From positions 1-59,415 of the forward strand of contig JBHHVU010000016.1 in assembly GCA_046754465.1 (NCBI GenBank): a stretch of DNA of 59,415 nucleotides. Reading direction: 5' to 3'. Below are positions 30,286 through 39,558 of this stretch, one piece after another. The stretch's first letter is position 1, and each line of letters begins with the position of its first letter. Source of the DNA: Nitrospinaceae bacterium (GTDB taxonomy: Bacteria > Nitrospinota > Nitrospinia > Nitrospinales > VA-1). The notes below the pieces were generated by a model that saw only the letters and a program-made list of their open reading frames with translations, was not told where the DNA came from and ran no database searches. The position numbers were made by a program, and so were the translations under genes.

Positions 30286-30464
30286 CACCCTGGGCGGACC
30301 GGAAATTTCCCGCGAAGGATTCCCGATTTAAGGTCCTTTTAAGCAGAAAAAATATAAGATATTGAATTAAAAGGTGTTATCATGTTCCTATCGGCTTAAT
30401 TTTCGGGTTGAAAATAATGGTGCCATTTCTCCGTTGAATTCTGAAGGACTTTACAGGATCCGTC

Positions 30465-32348
30465 ATGAAAGATAATAACGGGAGTAAGATGAGGTTGGTG
30501 AAAGAAGCCATGGAGGAGTCCGCAGGGGATTCGCGGGATGAGCCCATCGAAAATTATGGGATCATAGGAAATCTGCATACGGTGGCGCTGGTGAGCCTCG
30601 AAGGTTCCATCGACTGGCTGTGTTATCCGCATTTCGATTCGCCAAGTGTCTTTGGCGCGTTGATGGACCGGGAAAAAGGCGGCTATTTTAAAATCGCTCC
30701 GGTGGGCGACTTCAAGAAGAAACAACTTTATCGTCCGGATACCAATGTCCTGGTCACCCGGTTTATGCATAGTGATGGTGTGGGCGAGGTCACCGATTTC
30801 ATGCCGATGGGTTCCCGGCGCTATGGTGACGGATCCTCGGATTGCTGTCAAATCATCCGTATGGTGCGTGTGGTCCGAGGCGAACTGAAGTTCCGACTGG
30901 AATGTTTTCCCGCGTTTGACTACGGGCGAAGGGATCACAAAATTCGTCTTCAGACGGAGGGGGCGGTTTTCGAGGACGGGGAAACCGTTCTGGCCCTGCA
31001 TTCCCACATTTCCCTTGGTATTCAGGGAGGCGGGGTGGTTTCGGAATTCATCCTCCGTCCCGGAGAGGCCCAGTATTTTTTCATTAAGGGGATTTCCGAG
31101 AAAGATTCTACCCCCGACATTTGCCAGTTGCAACGCGACGCCATCGAACTCTTCGGCCTTACCTGCGATTACTGGAGAGCCTGGCTCTCAAAAAGCCATT
31201 ATCGTGGGCGATGGCGGGAGATGGTGAACCGCTCGGCGCTTACTCTCAAACTGCTCACGTTTGCCCCCACCGGCGCCATCGTCGCCTCCCCCACGACCAG
31301 CCTGCCCGAGGAAATTGGCGGAAAGCGGAATTGGGACTACCGGTTCACCTGGATACGGGACGCCAGTTTCACGCTGTATGGCTTGTTGCGCCTGGGTTTC
31401 ACCGATGAGGCGAATGCGTTCATGCACTGGCTGGAAGAACGGTGCAATGAACTCAATCCCGACGGATCCCTGCAGGTGATGTATGGGATCCGCGGGGAGC
31501 ACGAATTACCCGAATTCGAACTCGGGCATCTCTCGGGTTGGAAAAATTCGCAGCCTGTGCGGATCGGAAACGACGCCCATTCCCAGCTTCAGTTGGACAT
31601 TTACGGCGAACTCATGGATTCGGTTTATCTCTACAATAAATACGGGCAACCCATTTCCTACGACCTTTGGGTCAACTTGAGACGGCTTTTGGACTGGGTT
31701 TGCGATCACTGGATGAAGGAGGATGAAGGGATCTGGGAGGTCCGCGGCGGACGCCGGCATTTCGTTTATTCCAAGGTCATGTGCTGGGTGGCGCTGGACC
31801 GGGGGCTGAGGCTGGCCCACAAGCGGAGCTTCCCCGCCCCCCATGAACGATGGCTCAGGGTGCGCGATCAGATTTATGAGGAGGTCATGCAGAAGGGCTG
31901 GAACCCGGATCTCAAATCCTTTGTGCAATATTACGGATCCACCACGGTGGACGCGAGCACTCTCATCATGCCCTTGGTGAAATTCATTTCCCCCACCGAT
32001 CCCAGGATGCTTTCCACGCTGGATAGCATCATCAAAAACCTCGTTTCCGACAGCCTGGTTTACCGTTACCGGAACGGATCGTCGTATCACGACGGGATCG
32101 ACGGGGAGGAAGGCACCTTTTCCATGTGCACCTTCTGGCTGGTCGAGGCCTTGACTCGCGCGGGAAAGCTCACCCAGGCGCGGATGATTTTCGAAAAAAT
32201 GCTGACCTTTGCCAATAATCTAGGCCTGTACGCCGAGGAGGTGGGTTCCCACGGGGAGCAGCTGGGGAACTATCCCCAGGGGTTCACCCACCTGGCCCTG
32301 ATCAGCGCCGCCTACAACCTGGACAAGGCTTTGGGGAAGGGCATCTGA
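30465..32348 (+). CDS. Glycoside hydrolase family 15 (trehalase/glucoamylase-like); start uncertain
   Basis: [47 protein letters not shown]. Confidence 0.93.
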   Translation: MKDNNGSKMRLVKEAMEESAGDSRDEPIENYGIIGNLHTVALVSLEGSIDWLCYPHFDSPSVFGALMDREKGGYFKIAPVGDFKKKQLYRPDTNVLVTRFMHSDGVGEVTDFMPMGSRRYGDGSSDCCQIIRMVRVVRGELKFRLECFPAFDYGRRDHKIRLQTEGAVFEDGETVLALHSHISLGIQGGGVVSEFILRPGEAQYFFIKGISEKDSTPDICQLQRDAIELFGLTCDYWRAWLSKSHYRGRWREMVNRSALTLKLLTFAPTGAIVASPTTSLPEEIGGKRNWDYRFTWIRDASFTLYGLLRLGFTDEANAFMHWLEERCNELNPDGSLQVMYGIRGEHELPEFELGHLSGWKNSQPVRIGNDAHSQLQLDIYGELMDSVYLYNKYGQPISYDLWVNLRRLLDWVCDHWMKEDEGIWEVRGGRRHFVYSKVMCWVALDRGLRLAHKRSFPAPHERWLRVRDQIYEEVMQKGWNPDLKSFVQYYGSTTVDASTLIMPLVKFISPTDPRMLSTLDSIIKNLVSDSLVYRYRNGSSYHDGIDGEEGTFSMCTFWLVEALTRAGKLTQARMIFEKMLTFANNLGLYAEEVGSHGEQLGNYPQGFTHLALISAAYNLDKALGKGI

Positions 32349-32413
32349 TCCACCTTGGCCGGAAGGATTTACTTTTCCACGTTTCCCCGCGGCGATGGGT
32401 TGGGGGTTGGCGC

Positions 32414-33400
32414 TCAGCGTTCTCTCAACAGGCAGGCCACAAAGTGCCCCGGTTCCACCTCCTTGAGTTCGGGAACCGTGGTCTCGCACTTTTTCTCCTT
32501 GATGGGACACCGGGTATGAAACCGGCAACCCGGCGGCGGCTCCGCCGCGCTGGGAACATCCCCCGGGATGAGGATGCGCTTTTTTTTGCATCCGGAGTCC
32601 ATGGACGGGACCACCGAGAGCAAGGCCTCGGTATAGGGGTGAAGCGGGGCGGCGTAGAGCCGGTCGCTGTCGGCCAGTTCGACGATCTTCCCTAGGTACA
32701 TCACGGCCACCCGGTCACAGAAATACTCCACGATGGCCATGTCGTGGGAGATGAACAGGTAGGAGATTCCCAATTGCTCCTTGAGGTCCTGGAGCAGGTT
32801 GATCACCTGGGCGCGAATGGAGACGTCGAGGGCGGATACCGGTTCGTCGGCGATGACGAGGCGGGGATGGAGGGCGATGGCCCGGGCGATGCCGACCCTT
32901 TGCAGTTGCCCGCCGCTGAATTCGTGCGGGTAGCGGTGGAGGTGCTCCGGAGACAGCCCTACCTGGTGGAGCAACTCCGCCACCCGTTCCTTGCGCTTGC
33001 TTTTAGGGTGAACCTGGTGAATCTCGAAGGGTTCTTCCAGGATGTTTCCCACCCGTTTCCTGGGGTTGAGGGAGGCAAACGGGTCTTGAAAGATAATCTG
33101 CATTTCCCGGCGAAGGCCGCGCATTTCTCCCGGGCTGAGCTTTACCAGGTTTTTCCCTTTATAAAGAACCTTTCCCGAAGTCGGTTCCACCAGTCTGAGA
33201 ATGGCCCGGGCTATGGTGGATTTACCGCAGCCGCTTTCCCCGACCAGACCCAGGGTTTCTCCCTCTTTCAGCTCAAACGAAATTCCGTCCACCGCTTGGA
33301 CCTCCTCGGCCGCCTTGTTGGTGAACTGGCTCCTGGCTGAAAAATATTTTTTCAGACCGTCGATTTTTAGCAGGACAGGATGATCCGGTGCCGGGTTCAT
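32414..33400 (-). CDS. Oligo/dipeptide ABC transporter ATPase (OppF/DppF-like)
   Basis: GESGCGKST, YPHEFSGGQ, ADEPVSALD, HPYT, GCRFHTRC. Confidence 0.93.
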   Translation of the reverse strand: MNPAPDHPVLLKIDGLKKYFSARSQFTNKAAEEVQAVDGISFELKEGETLGLVGESGCGKSTIARAILRLVEPTSGKVLYKGKNLVKLSPGEMRGLRREMQIIFQDPFASLNPRKRVGNILEEPFEIHQVHPKSKRKERVAELLHQVGLSPEHLHRYPHEFSGGQLQRVGIARAIALHPRLVIADEPVSALDVSIRAQVINLLQDLKEQLGISYLFISHDMAIVEYFCDRVAVMYLGKIVELADSDRLYAAPLHPYTEALLSVVPSMDSGCKKKRILIPGDVPSAAEPPPGCRFHTRCPIKEKKCETTVPELKEVEPGHFVACLLRER

Positions 33401-34383
33401 GATCCCCCCTCCCAAAGCCAGCAGCTCACCTGGCGGCCGTCCCCCGCCTCTTTCAGCACGGGTTTTTCCCGTTTGCACGATTCCATGACCGAAGGGCACC
33501 GGGGGTGGAACGGGCAGCCCGGGGGAAGTCGATCCAACGCGGGTACATTCCCGGGAATTTCCACCAACCGTCGGACCCGGCTCCGCTTTTCACCCAGGGT
33601 GGGAACGGAATTCTTCAATCCCTGGGTGTAAGGGTGAAGCGGTGACTCGAACAACTGGCCCGCGGTTCCCGTCTCAACGATCTCGCCTGCGTACATCACG
33701 AGGACCCGTTGCGCGATTTCCGAAACAACGCCCAGGTCGTGAGTGATCAAAAGAACCGACATCCCGGTTTGTTCCTTCAAGTGCTCCAGCAGATCGAGGA
33801 TCTGCGCCTGGATGAGGACGTCGAGGGCGGTGGTGGGTTCGTCGGCGATCAGGATGCGCGGCGAGCAGGAAAGAGCCATGGCGATCATCACCCTCTGCCG
33901 CATGCCCCCGCTCAACTGGTGAGGGTATTGTTCCATTTTTTCGCCGGGGGAGGGAATCTCCACCCGCCGCAAAAGTTCCACCCCTTGTTGACAGGCCTCG
34001 TTTCGGGTCATGGAAGTATGGCGCAGCAGCTGCTCCACGATCTGTTCCCCCAGCGTCAGCACCGGATTCAGAGACGTCATGGGATCCTGGAAAACCATCG
34101 ATATGTCCCGGCCACGGATTTCCTGAAGCTCTTGGGGGGACAGGGTCAAAAGATCCTTGGAGTCGAAAAAAATGCTTCCGGATACTATTTTACCGGGCGG
34201 GTCCGGAATCAATCGAAGGATGGAGAGGGCGCTGACGGTTTTGCCGCATCCCGATTCACCGACCAGGGCCAGGGTTTCGCCGGCGTAAAGGCAGTAGCTG
34301 ATGCCGTTCACCGCGGTCGTCTCCCCGCCATTGACGGGGAAGACGACTTTCAGATTTCTGATTTCAAGTTCGGGGTCCGCCAT
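33397..34383 (-). CDS. Oligo/dipeptide ABC transporter ATPase (OppD/DppD-like)
   Basis: [43 protein letters not shown]. Confidence 0.93.
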   Translation of the reverse strand: MADPELEIRNLKVVFPVNGGETTAVNGISYCLYAGETLALVGESGCGKTVSALSILRLIPDPPGKIVSGSIFFDSKDLLTLSPQELQEIRGRDISMVFQDPMTSLNPVLTLGEQIVEQLLRHTSMTRNEACQQGVELLRRVEIPSPGEKMEQYPHQLSGGMRQRVMIAMALSCSPRILIADEPTTALDVLIQAQILDLLEHLKEQTGMSVLLITHDLGVVSEIAQRVLVMYAGEIVETGTAGQLFESPLHPYTQGLKNSVPTLGEKRSRVRRLVEIPGNVPALDRLPPGCPFHPRCPSVMESCKREKPVLKEAGDGRQVSCWLWEGGS

Positions 34384-34541
34384 TTTTTTCTCTGAAGCGT
34401 GGATTCGATCAGTATAAGGCAGATGTTTATGGAGGAATAAAATCTTTGCGGTTTTTTGTTTTTCAAGACGCAACAGGCGGTCCTAGCCATTATATATCCT
34501 ATTGTTATATAAGGAAATCTTTGTTTTTGCGAATGAATTGC

Positions 34542-34569
34542 TTGACATAATCGGAATTCTTGTGATATT
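34542..34569 (+). promoter_or_regulatory. Possible sigma70 promoter for the cold-shock gene
   Basis: TTGACA-N16-GATATT with TGn. Confidence 0.4.
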
Positions 34570-34634
34570 GGACCTGATCTTTCAGCCTGTGACGGTCGTA
34601 GGCTTTTTATTGTCTCGTGAGGAAAGGTTCGATT

Positions 34635-34835
34635 ATGCCTGAAGGAAAAGTTAAATGGTTCAGTGACAAAAAAGGGTATGGGTTTATCGAAACAGCGGAA
34701 GGAGAGGATATCTTTGTTCACTATTCGGCAATCATCGGGGAGGGGTATAAAACACTGAAAGAAGGGCAGGCGGTGGAATTTGAAAAAAACGCCGGCCCCA
34801 AGGGGCCGCAGGCCGCCAATGTCAAACCTATCTAA
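34635..34835 (+). CDS. Cold-shock protein (CspA family)
   Basis: GKVKWF, KGYGFI (RNP1), DIFVHYSAI (RNP2), [10 protein letters not shown]. Confidence 0.97.
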   Translation: MPEGKVKWFSDKKGYGFIETAEGEDIFVHYSAIIGEGYKTLKEGQAVEFEKNAGPKGPQAANVKPI

Positions 34836-34850
34836 TATACGGGGGCATCG

Positions 34851-34883
34851 CCGGCAGAGCCTGGTCTCTGCCGGTTTTTTTTT
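34851..34883 (+). terminator. Intrinsic terminator after csp
   Basis: CCGGCAGAG-6 nt loop-CTCTGCCGG followed by a T9 run. Confidence 0.9.
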
Positions 34884-34964
34884 GGGCAGATTCGGGTAGG
34901 TTCTTTATTGCCCTTCCATCCCATCCGCATATAAAATATTCTTTTTTTAGACCCATGGAGTTTA

Positions 34965-36389
34965 ATGGCTGATCAATTGCTGTTCGTGGTGGATGACGAC
35001 CCCAACCTGCGCCGGATTTTGACCGTGTTGCTGGAAGCCCGGGGGTATCGGGTGCAGGCGTTGGAAAGCGGAAAACAATGCCTGGAGCGGCTGGATGAAA
35101 ACCCGGCGGTCATCTTTCTCGATATGATCATGCCCGGACTCAACGGGATCGAAACGCTCAAAAAACTGAAACGCGCGGGGAAGGAAATTCCCGTCATCAT
35201 GCTGACCAGCGTGGACGACGTGGAGACGGCGGTCGAGGTGATCAAGCTGGGGGCTTATGATTACATGGTGAAACCCTACGACGAAGCCCGCCTCATCACC
35301 AGTTTGGCAAAAGCCATCGAGCAGAACGCCCTCGTCAAAAAGGTCCGGCACCTGGAGGGAGAACTCAAGGGACTTCATGATTTGCAGGGGATCGTCGGCA
35401 AAAGCGCGGCCATCCAAAAGGTGCTGGAAAAAGTCAACAAGGTCAAGGACAGCTGGGCCGGTGTTTTGATCCTGGGGGAAAGTGGCACAGGGAAGGAATT
35501 GATCGCCCGGGCTATTCATTACAACAGTCCCTTCTCGCAAGGGCTGTTTGTGGATATCAATTGCGGCGCTATTCCGGAAACGCTGCAGGAAAGTGAACTT
35601 TTCGGGCATAAAAAGGGCGCTTTTACGGGGGCGGTGGAATCGAGGACCGGGAAACTGGAGATGGCGGATGGGGGAACGCTTTTTCTCGACGAGGTGGCCG
35701 AAATGAGTCTCCAAACCCAGACCAAACTCCTCCGCTTCCTGCAGGAAAAAAATTTTGAGCGGGTGGGGGAAAACTCCAAAATCAGCATCCACGCCCGGGT
35801 GATCGCGGCCACCAACAAGGACTTGAAACTGGAGGTCGAAAAGGGAAATTTCCGGGAAGACCTTTATTACCGCCTGGCGGTGTTCCCCATTTTAGTGCCG
35901 CCCCTTCGGGAAAGAAGAGAGGACATCCCCCTGTTGTGTCATCACGTTTTGCGGAAATTCGGGAAGGAATTGAAAAAAGAGGTGTGCTCCATTACTCCCG
36001 AAGCGATGCAGGCGTTATCGAATTATCCCTGGCCGGGAAACGTCCGGCAACTCGAAAACACGCTTTTCCAGGCTATGATCAACACCGGTTCCTCTGCAAT
36101 CGGCAAGGGTGATTTGCCCGCCGAGGTGCTGGAGAAGAAAGGTCCTCCCAAGGGGCGGGAAGGAAAATCTTCTTCCGGGAAGGACGGAGTGGATCACCCG
36201 CAACCGGAGGCTCCCGTTGCCGGCGCCGGGTCTGCCCCTGAAAAAATCATCCCATTCAAAGAAGTTGAAAAACAGACCCTCGCCCGGGCGTTGAAGGTCA
36301 CCGGCGGCAACATCCCCCAGGCCGCCAGGGAACTGGGACTCAGCCGAAGTACGTTGTATCGCCTGGTAAAAAAATATGGGCTGCATTGA
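34965..36389 (+). CDS. NtrC/AtoC-family sigma54-dependent response regulator
   Basis: REC domain (VDDD, LDMIMP), GESGTGKE, GAFTGA, FLDE, FREDLYYRL, Fis-type HTH. Confidence 0.96.
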   Translation: MADQLLFVVDDDPNLRRILTVLLEARGYRVQALESGKQCLERLDENPAVIFLDMIMPGLNGIETLKKLKRAGKEIPVIMLTSVDDVETAVEVIKLGAYDYMVKPYDEARLITSLAKAIEQNALVKKVRHLEGELKGLHDLQGIVGKSAAIQKVLEKVNKVKDSWAGVLILGESGTGKELIARAIHYNSPFSQGLFVDINCGAIPETLQESELFGHKKGAFTGAVESRTGKLEMADGGTLFLDEVAEMSLQTQTKLLRFLQEKNFERVGENSKISIHARVIAATNKDLKLEVEKGNFREDLYYRLAVFPILVPPLRERREDIPLLCHHVLRKFGKELKKEVCSITPEAMQALSNYPWPGNVRQLENTLFQAMINTGSSAIGKGDLPAEVLEKKGPPKGREGKSSSGKDGVDHPQPEAPVAGAGSAPEKIIPFKEVEKQTLARALKVTGGNIPQAARELGLSRSTLYRLVKKYGLH

Positions 36390-36421
36390 ACCCGGATTTT
36401 CTCGGGCCTCCTTGCGGATTT

Positions 36422-36475
36422 TCCCAATTTGAAAATCCGCATCCCATTCTGGGACATCCTGGTTTCAAAATGAGA
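36422..36475 (+). promoter_or_regulatory. Three candidate enhancer (UAS) palindromes for a sigma54 activator
   Basis: TCCCA-att-TGAAA, TCCCA-ttc-TGGGA, TTTCA-aaa-TGAGA at 20-21 bp spacing, 110-165 bp upstream of a -24 box. Confidence 0.6.
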
Positions 36476-36585
36476 TTTTCCCTTTTCAAGATTTCCGGTT
36501 CCTCCCGCCCGGTCCGCCTTCCTTCACTCTCTTACCCGTTGTGTTTCAAGGGTTCTCTGACTTTCCCTTTTTGACGGTCCATTCG

Positions 36586-36601
36586 CGGCACATCTTTTGC
36601 T
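36586..36601 (+). promoter_or_regulatory. sigma54 (-24/-12) promoter
   Basis: cGGCAC-atctt-TTGCt, exact GG-N10-GC spacing. Confidence 0.75.
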
Positions 36602-36778
36602 CTCTATAAGGATGGCAATGCAATGAATTTTAACCGGGTTTCAAATTTCTTGTTACGCCCGCTGAAGCGAAGGAAATTTTTGGGAAGGGGTCGCCTCTCC
36701 CGCCCCCCTTCTCCCTTCGCGGGAGTAGGCTGCCCAAATGGACGCGTTGATTCGGCGGGCGTGGAAAAGGAGGTTCCC

Positions 36779-36988
36779 ATGTTTGAAGAAGTCCGTATTT
36801 ACAGCTCCGATGGAACATTGAAGAAGATCGTGAAGAGTCAGGAATCGAGCAAGCGTTTCTGGGACAATTACTACCAAAGGCAGACCCGGGAATATTATCG
36901 GCCCCAGATCCACGGGCGAAGGGAAAAGGACCCAAAACCCGTTGACTGGAAACTGGAAATGGATGACTGGATCTATTGGGAGAAATAA
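36779..36988 (+). CDS. Small hypothetical protein (69 aa)
   Basis: Strong AAGGAGGT RBS; MFEEVRIYSSDGTLKKIV...WIYWEK; first ORF with a good RBS after the sigma54 promoter. Confidence 0.7.
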   Translation: MFEEVRIYSSDGTLKKIVKSQESSKRFWDNYYQRQTREYYRPQIHGRREKDPKPVDWKLEMDDWIYWEK

Positions 36989-37054
36989 GCGGAGATGGGG
37001 AAAAACCGCTTCTGCTCATTCTAATTGGGAGTTCACTGGAAAGGGGTGAGGGAC

Positions 37055-37864
37055 ATGAAAAAAGCGTGGACCGGAATATTGGCCGTGGGAATATCGTTGA
37101 CCCTGGGAATCACCTCGGGTTGGGCGAAAAAGAATGAATACATAGAAAACTCGGTTGAAAGGGGCGGCTCCCTCAGCGGGACCGTCCATTTCAAGGGCAA
37201 GGCGCCGCCGCCGATCCTGGAGGATCTTAACAAGGGAAAGAACGCGGAATTTTGCGTGTCGCACCCGGAAACGGAAAAAAGCGGCATCCGCCCCCGTATC
37301 AAAGTGGCTGTCAAGGACGGGAAATTGAAAGACGCAGTGATTTTCTTCGAGGACATCAAGAACGGCAAACCGTGGCCGGCGGAAACCACCAACTTCGATT
37401 TCAAAAACTGCGATATCTTCCCCAAGGTTTCCGTTATCCGGAAGACTCCGAAAGGGATGAAAGAGGGGTTGATGACCATCAGCAACCGTGATCCCGATAT
37501 CCTGCACAATCCGCATGGATATTCCGTGTCGGGCGCCAACCGCAAAACACTTTTCAACAAACCGTTGCCCGACAAGGGCGCGGTGGCCGATGTCACCAAA
37601 TCCTTGAAACGGTTCAAAAAAAAGAAGGACCACCATTTCTTCCTGCAATGCGACCAGCACAATTTCATGGAAGCGGACGCCCGCATTGTGTGGAATCCTT
37701 ATTATGCCGTCAGCGCCGGGGATGGGACTTTTAAAATCGATCAAATTCCACCCGGAAAATACAAGGTGACGGTCTGGCATCCCTATGTCGGGCAAACGAC
37801 GCGGGAGATCACGGTGGAAGAAGGAAGCGATATCCGGGTCGACTTCGAGTTGGCCTCGAATTAA
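37055..37864 (+). CDS. Exported carboxypeptidase-regulatory-like / cupredoxin-like protein
   Basis: Signal peptide, GGSLSGTV, ILHNPH and CDQHNFM (candidate type-1 Cu ligands), DGTFKIDQIPPGKYKVTVWHP. Confidence 0.75.
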   Translation: MKKAWTGILAVGISLTLGITSGWAKKNEYIENSVERGGSLSGTVHFKGKAPPPILEDLNKGKNAEFCVSHPETEKSGIRPRIKVAVKDGKLKDAVIFFEDIKNGKPWPAETTNFDFKNCDIFPKVSVIRKTPKGMKEGLMTISNRDPDILHNPHGYSVSGANRKTLFNKPLPDKGAVADVTKSLKRFKKKKDHHFFLQCDQHNFMEADARIVWNPYYAVSAGDGTFKIDQIPPGKYKVTVWHPYVGQTTREITVEEGSDIRVDFELASN

Positions 37865-37911
37865 AAATAGCCTGATCAGGCCTACATCAATTTTTGAAAG
37901 GAGAAAAGTAA

Positions 37912-38346
37912 ATGAAAAAGACTCTCGTCGTTGTCCTGGTGATGGTTTTTACCTGGTTCGCCGCCGCTTCCGCCTTCGCGGCGGCTCAGTGTCCGCAGCC
38001 GAGGAAAACCAAGTCCGCTCCCGCCAGTACCGCCAAGTTGGATAAAACCGCCTCCGCCGATGCCGCCAACGGGAAGAAAATCTACACCAAAACCGCCAAA
38101 CCCATGGCTTGCAAAATGTGCCATGGCGACAAAGGGGACGGCGGTGGAAAATTAGGCGCGGCCTTGAAACCCAAACCGAGGAATTTTGCCTGCGCGGCAA
38201 CCATGAAGAAGGTATCCCCCGGTCAAATGTTCTGGGTTATCAAGAACGGTTCCGCCGGAACGGGAATGGTCGCCCACAAAAAGACCCTGAAAGACAAGGA
38301 AATCTGGGATGTGATCAAATATATCCGGAGTACTTGGGTGAAGTAG
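37912..38346 (+). CDS. Periplasmic monoheme cytochrome c
   Basis: Signal peptide, CKMCH, distal GTGM, two additional Cys. Confidence 0.93.
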   Translation: MKKTLVVVLVMVFTWFAAASAFAAAQCPQPRKTKSAPASTAKLDKTASADAANGKKIYTKTAKPMACKMCHGDKGDGGGKLGAALKPKPRNFACAATMKKVSPGQMFWVIKNGSAGTGMVAHKKTLKDKEIWDVIKYIRSTWVK

Positions 38347-38371
38347 GGCTGCGGTGCCTCCCTTGCAGCCT

Positions 38372-38404
38372 GGGCGGATCGTCTGGTGACGGTCCGCCCT
38401 TTTT
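38372..38404 (+). terminator. Intrinsic terminator after the cytochrome c gene
   Basis: GGGCGGATCGTC-tggt-GACGGTCCGCCC followed by TTTTT. Confidence 0.8.
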
Positions 38405-38406
38405 GT

Positions 38407-39558
38407 TCAACGGCCCGGGTGGGAAGGGTGAGTCGTGTCCATGGGAATTTCAAAACTGAAAATCGCCCCCGACCCGGGGCGGCTTTCCACCCTCAGGGTT
38501 CCCCGGTGGGCCTCGATCATTTTTTTTGCGATGGCCAAGCCTAGGCCGTGGCTGGGTTCCCCCCCCGTGGGTTGAGTGTCCAGCTTCTGAAAATGTTTGA
38601 ACAATTTGTCCTGATCCTCGAGAGAAATTCCCGGACCCTGATCCCTCACACTGAACCGCGCCCTTTTCCCTTTTTGCTCCAGCCAGATAAAAATCTGTTT
38701 CCCTGGCGGGGAGTATTTGATCGCGTTGCTGAGAAGGTTATCGATCACCTGACCCAGCCGGTTAGCGTCGAACGCGAATTCCGGAATATCCGGCAGGTCC
38801 AGATGCGCTCTCAGGTGCTTCTTTTCGGCCATCAACCGGTACATCCGGAATCGGTTCCGGACCAGGTCTTTCAGCGACCCGGGCTGGAGTTTGAGGCTCA
38901 ACTTACCGCTCTCGATCACGGACACGTTCAACAGGTCATGAATCAGGTTCAGCATGTCCTGGCTGACGGTATGGATGGACCGGAGAAATTCGTTCCGGGT
39001 TTCTTCCGGCAGTTGGGACCCTTGATCCAGGAGAATTTTGGAGAAGCCGTGAATGGAGGCAAGGGGGTTTCGCAGGTCATGGGAGGCCATCCCCAGGAAT
39101 TTGTTTTTCAGTTCGTTGAGTTCCACCAGTTTCCGGTTTTTGTCCTGGAGCTCTTTCAGCAATAGTTTGCGATGCAAGTGAAAGCGGATTCGCGCGCGGA
39201 CTTCCTCCTGGCGAAAGGGTTTGGTGATGTAATCTGCGCCGCCCAGGTTGAACCCCTGGACGATATCCGTGGTTTCGCTTTTGGCGGTGATGAAGAGGAC
39301 CGGAATGTCCCGCGTCGATTCCCGGGTTTTCAATTGCCGGCAGGTTTCAAATCCGTCCATGCCCGGCATCATGATATCGAGCAGAATGAGATCGGGCGTG
39401 GTCTTCGACACGAGCTCCAAGGCCGCCTTTCCGGTGGAGGCCACCGAGATTTTATAGCCATCCTGATCGAGGAATTGCGCCAAAATATCGATGTTGGACG
39501 GGGTGTCGTCCACCACCAGAATCTGTTTTCCTCTCAGGGCATCATGGTTTTCGTTCAT
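38407..39558 (-). CDS. Hybrid response regulator/histidine kinase (REC-HisKA-HATPase)
   Basis: VDD...LLDIMMP...KPF; ASHDLRNP; NLLSNAIKY, DQGPG, GLGLAI. Confidence 0.93.
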   Translation of the reverse strand: MNENHDALRGKQILVVDDTPSNIDILAQFLDQDGYKISVASTGKAALELVSKTTPDLILLDIMMPGMDGFETCRQLKTRESTRDIPVLFITAKSETTDIVQGFNLGGADYITKPFRQEEVRARIRFHLHRKLLLKELQDKNRKLVELNELKNKFLGMASHDLRNPLASIHGFSKILLDQGSQLPEETRNEFLRSIHTVSQDMLNLIHDLLNVSVIESGKLSLKLQPGSLKDLVRNRFRMYRLMAEKKHLRAHLDLPDIPEFAFDANRLGQVIDNLLSNAIKYSPPGKQIFIWLEQKGKRARFSVRDQGPGISLEDQDKLFKHFQKLDTQPTGGEPSHGLGLAIAKKMIEAHRGTLRVESRPGSGAIFSFEIPMDTTHPSHPGR

